This document shows positions 19,737 through 32,600 of a DNA stretch of 64,000 bases, piece after piece. The stretch is from the IMG/VR virus record IMGVR_UViG_3300021400_000103. One strand, 5' to 3'. How positions within the stretch are numbered: position 1 is the stretch's first letter; every line of letters starts with the position of its first letter. The position numbers and the translations under genes were made by a program. Under the pieces are notes generated by a model, which was not told the origin of the DNA, searched no databases, and saw only the letters and a program-made list of their open reading frames with translations. Origin of the DNA: a virus (taxonomy: Duplodnaviria; Caudoviricetes).

Positions 19737-19928
19737 ATGATAATTAATAAATTGATCAAAGAGATGGTGGATAGATTAAATCTATCCGTTGACGAAATCT
19801 CACACAAGACGGGATATACGGTCGAAGAAATTGAAGCTGTGCTTAATGGTACAGCAGTGTCTACAAAAAAGGCTTTTAATATTTGTAGAGCTATAGATGT
19901 GGATTTGGAAGATATACTAAAAGCCTAA
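19737..19928 (+). CDS. XRE-family HTH protein
   Basis: 63 aa, LSVDEISHKTGYT..I HTH pattern. Confidence 0.7.
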   Translation: MIINKLIKEMVDRLNLSVDEISHKTGYTVEEIEAVLNGTAVSTKKAFNICRAIDVDLEDILKA

Positions 19929-20132
19929 ATCTTATTTAAGAATAGAAACAAATCACATCCGGATTGAATTGTCAGGTATTTCTGTGGCTACATATAGAGA
20001 AATAATCTTATCTGTAAATGTATCTAGGATGATTACAGTAAACATGGACAAATACTCATGCTAATATTTGTTCTCCTACCCCACTCACTATTGAGGTGGG
20101 TGGGGGATATTATGAAAGGAGAAAAAACGGTA

Positions 20133-20633
20133 ATGGATGAGATAATAGATCAACTAATTTCTGATATAAATAAATTCAAGTATAACATAGGTAAGAATTT
20201 TGCAGAATTAGTAGCAAATGAATTAACAAAAGAAGCGAAGAACGCCATAGATGATTTTTACAATCAATATGATCCAGAGGATCCAAGTATGCATAATGGC
20301 AGGGTTTATTATTATCGTCACTGGAACTTTAGGAAGAGTTTTAGGACGTACTATAAAAACAGGTCTCCAAAATTTGTTGGTGGAGTTGAATTATTACAGG
20401 ACGAGTTGCCAGATGTGTATAGCGGAAAAAACTCATCACCTCAAAGTGTATTCGATAGAGTATATTTAGGGCTTCATGGAATAGCATCATTACAAGATCT
20501 TGGAATTCCACGCTTAAAACCAACACCAATACGTAGGATACTTGAAAAGCAAAAATATATTGTTGAAAATCAAGACTTATATACGAATAAGGCAATAAAT
20601 ATTGCCTTGCGTGATACATACAATTATTTATAA
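20133..20633 (+). CDS. Hypothetical tail-associated protein preceding the TMP
   Basis: RBS aaaggag; synteny. Confidence 0.6.
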   Translation: MDEIIDQLISDINKFKYNIGKNFAELVANELTKEAKNAIDDFYNQYDPEDPSMHNGRVYYYRHWNFRKSFRTYYKNRSPKFVGGVELLQDELPDVYSGKNSSPQSVFDRVYLGLHGIASLQDLGIPRLKPTPIRRILEKQKYIVENQDLYTNKAINIALRDTYNYL

Positions 20634-20655
20634 ACCATAGGAGGTGAATATATAT

Positions 20656-23600
20656 ATGTCCAATCGCAAAGTAACAATAGAAGCCGATGTCAAAGTAAAT
20701 GAAAAGAAAATCAGGCAGCAGTTTCAGACAGTATCTAAGACTATCGAAAACTTGAAAGGACAAGTCAGAGATATAAACAATTCACCAAAGGGTGGTTCGG
20801 ATGTTGCTCAAAAACTTATCGATAGTATGAAAAAGGCCATTTCTGAAATGGAAGTGATGAAACAACAATATCAAAATGTCTTACAAGGAATTGAATCACA
20901 TAAAATCAGTTCTAAACAATTAAATGATTTTGTTAAAGTATTTGAAGAGCGATTTCAAGTAATTGAAAATAGAATGGCTTCAGTAGAAGAAATGGGTTCA
21001 AAATTAACAAAATCCATGAAAGCCTTTTCATTAGATAAGCTTAACGAGCGTATCAAAATAATTGAAGAGACTGTTAATAAATTCACCACAACAATTGGAG
21101 GTGCTGTCAATGCGCTTTCGACTTTTAATCAAATGGTTGATGTGTCAACCTCAAAGCCAAAAGAGATTACAATCAAAGCCGATACAAGCCAGTTGAAAAG
21201 GGTGGAAGAATTACTTAATAAAATGCAGGACTCTGATAATATTTTAGGTGGAAAATCAGGACTTAAAATAAACACAGCAACTGCAATTAAGAATCTGTCA
21301 GATTTATACAGTAAATATCAAATATTATCTGATGAATTAAACAAGCAAAAAGATCCGCAAGAATTGACTAATATAAAAATACGAATGGCTGAATTAATTT
21401 CTCAAATGGGTAGTTTCATAAATCGTATTTTAGAGTTAAAAAAGATAAGCGGAGATGATATATCCGGTGGAGCAATTGAAAAATTAGGATTCGATATAAA
21501 TGGAATAGATTTTGCAGATTTTTATATTAATATTGAGAACCTTGTAGGAAAAACCTCAACTATATTGTCATCGTTAAGAGACAATATAAAAGACAACATG
21601 GAAATTGCTGTCAATGAGGCTACAACCGAAGTTTCTCAATTCACGTTTAAAAACGGTGGTATACGTATTCCAGTAACAGTTGATGCAAAGTCAAAGCATG
21701 CATTAGAAACAAAATATAATGAAATAGTAAATACATTACAAGAGTATGCAAATGTTCACCCAGTTAATGTTACAATGAGGCTGTTCCCTCTAAATACAAA
21801 CAGAGCAGATGCCACGGAAATAACAAATGAATTAAGAAGAATTCAAACAGACATTTCTAGTGTTACAGACGAAGAACTTCGAACCAAATTAAATTCTTTA
21901 TATGACGATTTGGAATCTCAGTTTCAAAAAGCATTAAATTTAAAGATCAAAGTAGATCTTGGTGATACAGAAGCCAGCTTAAGGCAAAGGATAAAAGAAT
22001 TAAATGAAACCGTAAGAGGTGAAGGATTTACAATTTATCCTAAATTTGAAATTCCAGACGAGGAAGCAGATAAGATCTCCTCAAAATTGGCTGAAATACA
22101 GAAGGATTTTACATTTAGTGCAACATCTGAAATAAAAACAATGGCAGACTCATTAAACAAATTGTTTTCAATTGAAAATGTTGAAGCGTGGAAATCTGCT
22201 TTTGTCAACGCTTTGGATGAGATTAATGGAAAACTTACATCATTTCATAACATGATCAATCCATTGTTGGAATCGATCAAATATACATCTGCAAAGAACA
22301 AATCGGCTACTCCAAATATTGGTGATGTAAATGTCATAATTGAGTTTACAAATGCAATGTCTGCATTACAGAACGCATTAAAAAAACAACAGGAATATAA
22401 GCTTGATATTGATATAAGTCCAGTCTCAGAAAAATTAGATATTTTAAAAGCCACAATTCAGATGATAAGCGGAAAATTAAGTATATTGCCTACCTTGTTA
22501 AATGAGTTAAAGAGTTTTAAAAATATCGATGCTGATTCGTTAATTCAAAATATTCAGAACAGCGTAAGTTCAGAATCTCCGGTTTTAATACCAATAACAC
22601 CAGATTTATCAAATATAGAAGATTTTGTCGAACAAATTCGTGTGGCGCTGTCTGATTCTAAACTAAATATCGGCATAAACAATATACGGTTGAATCAATC
22701 GAAGCAGACGAGTTTAAAAGATCAATTACAAAATGCGGATTATGCAAATTTATTGTATCATCAAATTGACTCAAAACTCGAAGAATCTTCTGGGAATATT
22801 GGTGAAAAACTACGAAAAAAGATATCAGAGTCTTTAGTTGCCGGATTAAGAAACGGTCTAACATCTGTAAGTGAAATGATTGATGTTGGATTAAAAGGCA
22901 CACAATTTGAGAGTATTACCCAACAAATAATCGGCGACAGTGATACTATAGATACAATCAAAAATATTGCTAACGAGGTTGCTATTTCGTTCAAAAAAAC
23001 ACTTGGTGATGATAATTCAGACATTAAAATGCTTTTAAATAGAATCGAAAGCGACATTCAATCGTCAGGAAAAGAAATAACAATACCTATTTCTCCATCG
23101 CAAAATAATGTAAATCAATTTGTTGATAAAGTGCAGTCGATGATTGATTCTCGTAGCGTACATTTAAAAATTAGTGATGAATCCATAAATCAAAATAATC
23201 TTCCATCGGATAATACGATATTCAATGAAACTCCAGTTTCAACTGAATCTACTAATGTTGAGACAAAAGCTCTTCTTTCTAAAAAAGACGTTGTCGAACA
23301 ACTTCGTGCCGAACTTAATTTAACTAAAAAGGCTGCTGAAGATTTATTTAATCAACAGGGCTATACCAAAACAAATAATAAATATCAAATAGAGCAAATT
23401 GCAGTTAACGAATTGATAGCTTCTCTTAAAGAGAAAAAACAAATAGAAGCATCTCAAAATCCCTCTACTACTTCTCCAACTATAAATGCTATGCAATCTG
23501 AAGTCGAGGCTGTTAATCAAGCTGTCGATACAGAAAAGAAAAAGTTTGATGAATTAAAAAATAAGATATCAAAAACTATTCCAAAGGCTATAGAAACCAA

Positions 23601-26600
23601 AAATAAATCCTTTGAAAAAGAGGGAAATTTAGTAGCTAAAATAGTTGATGATGAAATTACTTATTTCGAAGTTTTAAAGGACACTGTTGATGGTGTAACC
23701 GAATCTATAAGCAAACAGGAAAATGTTGCTAAGGATTTGAAACAAAAAAATGAAACACAAAAGCAGAAAAAACAAGATAAACCAACAAGCGATAGAGACA
23801 AGGCGACATTATTGCAAGAACATTATACCGACCTAAGAAGGAGCGCTTATCAATCATTTGGGCAGAAAAGTGACATACAGCAAGAGATGTCAAAATACTA
23901 TTCACAAATAGCCAAAGAATCAGAGATTGCCTATTCTAAAGCAGAGAATAAGGCGAATAGTTTAATTGTTCAGGTAGATAATATTAAACGGTTTGGAAAA
24001 TACACTTCTGACTTTGTTGCCGAATTAGACTCTGCTAGAAATGAATTAGATGCGTTCCTTGAAGAATTGAGATCTGGAGATATTCCATTCGAGACTATTG
24101 ATCAAAGGATTAAAACATTAAGTCAAGATATTGAAGGTACATTATCAAAAAAGGCATTTAGTAGTGTCAAACAAGCTGCTGAAAAATCCTTAACCAATGT
24201 AGGATTAAAAATAGATCAGATTATCGCAAAAAACTCTGCTATGGGAAAGGATTTTGAATCAAGATTTAAAAATCTTCGCAGTGATTTGGGGTTGGCAGAA
24301 AGCGTCGAAGACGTACAAAGAATAATAGCTGAGGTCAATAAGCTTGAATCTGAATTAATTTCAACCGGGAATACTGGCAAAAGTTTTATTGATCAGATTA
24401 AACAAAGAATGAGGGATATAAATACGAAATATATCGCTCAATATTTTAGTTTTCAAGATATTATTAGATACGCAAGGCAAGCAGTTACGAACGTAATCGA
24501 ACTCAATGATGCATTTATAGAATTATCAAAAGTATCTAACACAACAGTAAAAAATCTTGAAGCAGATTTTCAGTCATATGCTGATATCGCAAAAGATATT
24601 GGTGGAACTATAACAGATACAATTAATGCAACTGCCGATTGGGCAAGGATGGGTTACTCTGTTCCAGATTCAAAGCAATTAGCAGAAGTTGCTATGTTAT
24701 ATAAAAATGTCGGAGATGGTATTGATATTACCGCTGCAAACGAATCGCTTATATCTACTCTGCAAGGTTTTCAGATGCAAGCAGATGAGGCAGAACATAT
24801 TGTAGACGTATTCAATGAGGTAGCAAATAACTACGCTATTGGTAGTGGCGGAATTGGTGAAGCTCTTCAACGGTCTGCTGCGTCTTTGAATGCTGCGAAT
24901 ACATCGTTAGAAGAATCTGTTGCATTGGTAACTGCGGCTAATACTGTAGTTCAAAACCCGGAAAGTGTCGGAACAACATTCAAGACATTATCAGCCCGTA
25001 TACGTGGCGCAGATACCGAATTGCAAGAACTTGGAGAAGATGCCGATGAATTTACCGAAACAACATCAAAACTTCAAGGATTAGTTAAATCATTAACTGG
25101 CTTTGATATACTTGAAGCTGATCAGAAAACATATAAATCTATATATGAAATTCTTATAGGTATAGGTAAAGAGTGGCAAAATCTTAGTGATATTGAAAGA
25201 GCATCTCTTGGAGAAGCTCTTGCTGGTAAATTCTATTACCAGGATATGTAGTAATACATATTAAAGAATATATTTAATTGCAGGTAAAACCTAAAGCCTT
25301 ACACCACAATAAAAGGGAAACTATTTTATGATGGTACGAAAGTAGAAACAACGTAAGGATGGTATATGGTTAAAAACCTAAGTACTGCTCTTGTATTTTT
25401 TGAAGAGAAAATGGTAGTTCATGCAACGAAGCACCCTAACGTATTCTGGAGACCGTCCAGTACTTGAGTCGAGGGTGAACGCTCAACGATCATTCCCTAT
25501 GAGGGATTTAGGAAAGGTGTTAATCACCATAAAATAAAGGTGGAAATCCTGAATACCTAAATCATTAGAAGTAGAGCCACAATCGCAAACGGTGGCGGTG
25601 AAAAACCATAAGTCGAAAAGGTATACTCCTACTCTATTTAGAAAGGATGAAGAAATGATCTATTCTCATATGAAAGTATGAGTTTTAATTGGTTATCAAA
25701 AATATGTAATGAAACAAAATAGATGGTCAGATTTGGAAATACAATTATTAAAAGATAATTATGACAGTACTTCCAAAGAAGAAATGTTAGAGTTATTAGC
25801 TCCACGATCATGGAGTTCGATACTTACAAAAGCCAATAAGCTTGGTATAAATAAAAGGTTAAATTGGACTGATTCCGAAGACAAATTATTAAAAAACACA
25901 TACTCAACAACTGATATAAATGAAGTTGTAAGACTATTTCCTGATAGAACAAAACACAGTATAATTGCAAGAGCAATAAAATTAGGATTGAATTCTTTTA
26001 ATCACCCAATTTGGACTGATGAACAAGTTCAATATATAATTGATAATTGGCAAATATTACCAGATGAAATTATAGGTCGAAATATAAATAAAACCAAAAA
26101 TGCAGTCAAAAGAAAACGTAATCTATTGGGATTACATAGGCAGCAAAAAGGTTGTTATTATAATTATGAAAATATATCAAAATATATACGTGGACAAATA
26201 TGGGATTGGAAGAAAAAATCTATGGAAAATTGTGAATATAAATGTGTTATCACTGGAAGTAAAGATTTTGAAATACATCATATTTATCCAGTCAACAAAA
26301 TAATAAAAGATATATATGAAAAATATAACATTGAATACAAGAATTATGAAGATTATTCAAAAGAGGAACTATCTAAAATAGTTACTCTTTTTTGTATTGA
26401 ACAAAATACACACCCATTAGGAGAATGCACAAGAAAAGATTTACACAAATTGTTTCATGAATTATATGGACAATATAATACAACCTATGAACAATGGGAA
26501 CGATTCAAACTCGACATTAAGAAAGGAGTTTATGATAACCATATTAAAATAGATATTGTTGCGTAATATCTAAAATGTAAAAGAAGAGAAACGCAAATAC

Positions 26601-29600
26601 TCTATACGCCGTACTTGATAATATTGAAACTCTCGAAGCTGCATACCAAACAGCCGAAGAATCTGCTGGATCGGCACAACGAGAACAAGAGAATTATCAA
26701 AAGGGTATTACATATTCGATTAATCAGGCCAAGGCAGCGCTTGAAGAGTTGTCTTATGATGCTATAAATTCTGACTTTTTGAAAGGACTTGTTGATTCTG
26801 GTACAAAATTAATTGAAGTATTAGACTTTATCATTGATAAGGTTGGTCTTCTTAAGACCGCCCTCATCGCCATCGGAACCATATGGGGTTCCCAAAAGCT
26901 GGGTTACTGTGTATCAAGTAGGCTCAGGTACCACCCCGCGCCACGGCTAAAACCCGTGGGTAAAACGCAAAGACCATCATTTCGTCAAACAACCGTTTCA
27001 CGAAATGGTGTAGGGTGTACAAGTAAAATCAAACGATGTGGGATATCCCACTCTCGTACCGCTGATATGACTGCGTGGAGCTACGCAGCCTAGGATGTCC
27101 GTGAGGCTCCTACAAGGACTGGAAAGGGTTATGGATCTCACTATAACGGTGTACCGTTATACCTAACCATAACTCCAATCAGCAGGGAAGCGTACTACTC
27201 TCCCACTACTGGTGAGCAAGTGCTGCCCCCAGAGGCTCCCAAGCGGGCGCGGACGAAGTGCTATGCATAAGTACGCGAAGGTAGAGTCCAAACACCGGAT
27301 TTGAGACGTCCGGTAAAAAGCCCCGGCTAGTAGGCATACTGCTCTGTATTACTAGCGGCTTGTGCGAGAGCAGAAATTGATGTTTACAACTAAATAATAA
27401 TGTGATACAATATTTAACAGAAAAAGGTGCTACCGTAAAGCAAGCGGTTAGCCCCTGAAACTATTAGTTATAAATAATAACCGCCGAGTTTTCTCAGGAC
27501 TGTGGGCGGTTATTTTTATGTTCTTTCACGAGTTCAATAAGTAACATCGCTATAGCATAAATAGTTTGAACCATTTTACTGCCCTCCTTTCCGAAGGGCG
27601 AACATAAGAAGCCCTTCTAATGAAGGACTACTCCCCTACCACTTTGCGCCACAGGATCCGCACTGCATGGTTTTCCCGAGGTTCGAAGATGCTAAACCAA
27701 ACATCCCTGTGCTAACCCATCTCTTACCGGCTCCAATCTTCTTCACGTTGGTGGATCCGCAGGTGGGACATTTGGGGACGTTGGTAATATGATTGGTTGT
27801 TTCCGCATTTTTATAATCGTTAATCGCATTACTAAATTCCTTATTAAATTGGTCACTAAATCCCATAAAATTCACCTCCTTAATCTATTATATAATATAC
27901 GCTTCACAAGAGCAATCATTAGCTACTACCTGGAGGAATAAAACAGTTATTTAGCGATAATCCAATTGGAACAAACGAAGATAATATTGGGCTTATGCAA
28001 GCATATGATATGCTTCGTAATAGTAACGGGCAAGGTTTTACAAGCAACGACGGCAGTAAAGTAATCAAGTCTGTTGATGATTTAAAACAGCTCGCAAAGG
28101 AATTGGGTGGATGTGATGACGAGGCATTAAAATTCTTAGACACTTGCGAAAAGATACCGGAAACTATCAAAGAAGGCGAAACGGCGTCTGAAGCATTTGC
28201 AAGAACGTATGGCAGTGGAATAAAGAACCTTGGTTCCAGCATTGCAAAACTTGGTAAAACCATCTTGTCATCTCTTGGTAAAGCAGCTCTTTCTGCTGGT
28301 ATAACATGGTTGGCGACTACCGGCATAGAATTAGTTGCCAAAGGTGTTGGCTGGTTATGGGACGAGGTACTTACCGATAACGCCGAAAGAGAACGTAGAA
28401 CACAGGCGGTAACATCAACAAGCGAGAATATTAAGACATATCAGCAAAATACAGAAGTCGTTGATGACGCTATAAAGAAGTACGAAGAACTTAATAAAAA
28501 GATAAACGAAACCAACATAACGTTTGAAGAAGAAGTTGGGTATCGTAAAGAATTAAACGAGTTACAAAAAAGCTTAAATGAAAAATTTGGCACTGCAGCA
28601 GAAGGACTTGATCTTGTTAATAAGGGATACGAAGGCCAGATTAAAGCGTTAAAAGAACTCCGAAAAGAACAAGCGAGAACTTTCTTGTATGACTCAAAGA
28701 CCGGTGCGTTAATTTCAAAAGATGGAAGTACTGACTTTCAACGTAATCTTGATTTGATAAATCAAAAAGTAGAACATGCTGTAGCCTCACTAAATACTGG
28801 TGCATCTGATACTCTAAACGAATATACCGGAGTTGATATACAATCTATAATAGATAAATATCCGCAGTTGAGACAAGCAATAATTGGAGGAGGTGCAGAA
28901 CTTACAAAATTCCAGTTTTCTCTTGATCCAAATTTAACGCAAAAAGAAGCGGATGAAATCCTAACAAGATTATATGAGGAACTTGACAAACAGTTTCCAG
29001 ATAATCCAGCGGTTCAAGAGTTTAAAAAAACATTGCAAGAATCTCTTAATCCTGGATATGACTCATCTCAGTATTATACCGCTGTTGAGAATTCAAAACA
29101 AACAATACGTAATATTCTTGCCTACAATTCAGACGATGGAGAAGATATATTAACAAAACTTGAAAATGCTACCAATGCGTATAACACAGCTTTGGCTAGA
29201 TATGAAAAAGATAATACGGCTAAGAATAAAGAGGAACTTGATGAAGCCAAGAAAAATCTTGATGAGATATCAAACACCGCAGAAACTATATTGACTGATT
29301 CTAATTCATATGAACATCGATTAATTAGCAGCAGAACTGGTGGTCTCGATGTGTATGGTCAAATGATAAATGAGATCCAGGATAAAAAGAGCGGCGGTGT
29401 TAATGGTCGTATACTTGGAATGTTTGATGGTCGCCTCGAAATGTTTGGAAAGCTTAGAAGTGAGCTTGATAAGATGACAGACGAGGAAAAACTTGCATTA
29501 GAGGTAGAACTTGATGGGAATTCAGAAGTTGTTACGCTCGATAATTTAGATAAATTTATCAATCAGGCAAAGAAAAATGCGGCAAAGAATCCTATTGATT

Positions 29601-32600
29601 TGGAAGTTGGTATCAAAGCATCCGACGCCGTAGACTCTATGGCCGACATGAAGACTGCAGTGGCAAGTCTGGGCGATTTGTACGGTCAGGTTGTTAAACT
29701 TCCGGCTGATGCTACTGATGATGCGAAGTCTGCATTTGGTTTTGCGGATCCTGCTACGCTCAATAGTATTGAGTCTGCGTTCTCAAAGTTCTCAAAAGAG
29801 CTTGAGGACTCTGGAAACAAAACCGGTGCTACTCAAATTAACGAGGCACTTGAAAATCTTGAAACCACAATGCTTAAGTATCCTGGCGAGACAAAGAAAG
29901 CGGAGGATGCAATCGATGAGTTGATAGGTGCATATCTCGATCAAACATCCGCACTTAAGAATCTTAACAAAGAGAATAAGGCGTGGTCAATAGCACAGCT
30001 TGAGGCTATGGGTGTTACCAATGCAAAACAGGTCGTAGAGAGTAGATTAGCAAAAACAAACAAACAGCTCTCAAAATCCTATTCTATTCTTGAAGAGTCT
30101 ATCAAAAATTATAAAGATGCGGTTTCTCGAAATGACGAAGAAACGCAAACCAAAGAACTCGACAAGATGGCTACTGCCCTTAAAGATTTGTACAGCAACA
30201 ACGAATCAAGCGGTATTATCAATGCAGATTTTGTGAAGAATAATCTTGATCTTATACAAGCTGCTTTGGACGATACGTCTGGTAAGTTTAACGACCTTGA
30301 TCGTCTGCTCTCTCATGAGTATGTAACTAAGATTAGAACAGAAACCAACGATGATGAGTTAAGGGTAATGTTATCTGATCTTGATTTAGCGATTCAAAAT
30401 TTTGACGGTTCTTCGATTGATATTGGTACAAGTATGGATGGCGGCCCGATATTTGCAACACTTGAGGCTATTCGCAAGAGTACCAAGATGACGCTTGAAG
30501 AATTCCAACGTCTCGTCTCTGAAGCATCCGGCGGAACAATCGAGGCAAAGGCTACTTATGAGTTAAAAGACACAAACGTTGAGGTTCCTGATTTAACCGC
30601 CATTATGCATGGTAATGCAAGTAACCTTAATGGTGTTAAAAAGATGAAACTGAAGACTCGTATTCCAAAGTGGACATATGAATACACCGGTAAAGGTAGA
30701 GGTGTTACACCCACATACAAACCGTCGAGTTCCAGTTCAACTGGTAGTGGTGGCGGTGGCGGCGGATCCAGTTCTGGTTCAGATAACAAACTCCAAGAGG
30801 ATACAAAAGAAACGTTTGACTGGATTGAGGTAAAAATCAAACGCCTTGAAGAGGCTGTATCCAGATTAGATGAAATTGCTGGTAGTACATACAATAACTG
30901 GACTAAGCGTAATAAGGCTCTGAGAGACGAAATCGGTAAATTAACCGAAGAGATTGAAGCTCAGGAACATGCACAGAAGCGTTATCTGGAAAATGCTAAT
31001 AGTCTGAAAAATTCAAATGTCAACATTAAACCAACTGAGGAAGAATCTGGAAGTAAGAAGCAGTATCAGTATGACCTTGGTAAATATAATGCTGCAGAGA
31101 AAGAATGGAATTCTGGTAAGTATCAAAAACTGATTCGTGAGGGTAAGTTAGGAAAGGATGATATTGAGAGGATTCAAAATAAGTATCTTGTCGAATTAAT
31201 CAACCAATATACAGAATTATACCAGAAATCAGTCGATGCGGGTGTTGCGGCAAACACTTTGCGAGAAACACGAAAAAGTAAGTATGCTGAACAGTTCAAT
31301 AACATTAAAGCCGAATTCGAAGGTATTATCAGTTTATTTGAAGATGCTTCTACTATTATCGACAAACAGATTGAGCGCACTGAAGAACATGGTTATTTTG
31401 TAGCTTCAAACTATTATAAGAAACAGAAGGAACTTACAGAGAAGGTACTCGCAGACCAACGTTCGGAATATGCAAAACTCGTAAAAGCAAGAGATGAAGC
31501 TGTAGAGCAAGGAAAGATTGATAAATACAGTGAAGAATGGTATACCATGACGAATGACATTAATGCCGTAGAAGCTGCTATCAACGACTCCGCTACTGCT
31601 CTTGTCAAGTTTGATAATCAACTTCGTCAGCTCAAGTGGGATGCATTTGACTATGCTCTCGGGCGATTAGATATGATCACCACAGAGGCTGAGTTCCTGA
31701 ATGACCTGCTTAATTCGCAACCGTTATTCGAGGAGGATGGTAACTTTACCGATCGTGGTCAGACTTCTGCTACTCTTATTGGCATCCAGTTTGACACTGC
31801 CATGAAGAAAGCCCAGGAATATGGTAAGGCGATTAAAGAAGTTCAAGCCGATCTTGCGAAAGACCCGAACAACAAAAACTACCTTGAACAGCAAGAAGAA
31901 CTTATCAAAGCACAACAGGATGAGATTAAGAACGCTAAGTCTCTGAAAGAGGCGTATAAGGATCTTGCAAGCGAAGGTATTAATAAGAATCTGGAGTTCC
32001 TTCAGAAGCTAATTGACAAATATAAGGAGAGTCTTTCAGATGCCAAGGATTTAGCATCGTATCAAAAGACGATTAACGAGCAAACTAAAAACATCAGTAG
32101 CTTAGAGCGTCAGCTTGCGGCATATGCTGGGGATGATAGTGAAGAGGCACGAGCGACCATTCAGAAGCTCACGCAGAGTCTCGAGGATGCCCGCAATAAT
32201 CTGCAAGAAACCGAATGGGATAAGTACATATCAGAAACCAATGATATGTTGGATGATATGTATGAAGACTATTCTGAGCTGTTGAATAAACGACTTGATA
32301 ATATCGACGAGTTGTTTACTTGGGGTATCAACGACAACAATAAAAACAGTGAGAACCTTCAGACTACTCTTAACGATGTTGCAACGCAATACGGTTACGA
32401 CATTACATCTAACTTTGACAAGATTATTGGTTCTGGTGGTACTACTATCAGCGACTTTAATCAGACATTCACGGATGCAAGTGCAAGTACCCTTACTGTC
32501 CTCGGTAATATCTATAACACCATTCTTGAAATGGCTAAAGGAACCGCCGTACAAGATAAGGTGATTAACGAGGGTAATACAGGTACGGAAGGCAGTACGG

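Larger units (their letters stand above)
26905..27922 (+). mobile_element. Group I intron 4 (1018 nt) carrying cargo genes instead of a homing endonuclease
   Basis: P1 ctgggt/gctcag with U-G; P10 agtag/ctact; P4 gctgat/atcagc; P7 gaggctc (27232-38) / gagtcc (27284-89); P9 accgga/tccggt; terminal G27922 right before the open frame of exon 3. Confidence 0.85.

Noticed and set aside
26905-27093. C-terminal half of ORF-track entry 26749-27093
   Set aside because: Read-through into intron 4 ribozyme sequence; the same applies to the tails of ORFs ending at 6495, 10605, 25251 and 54272
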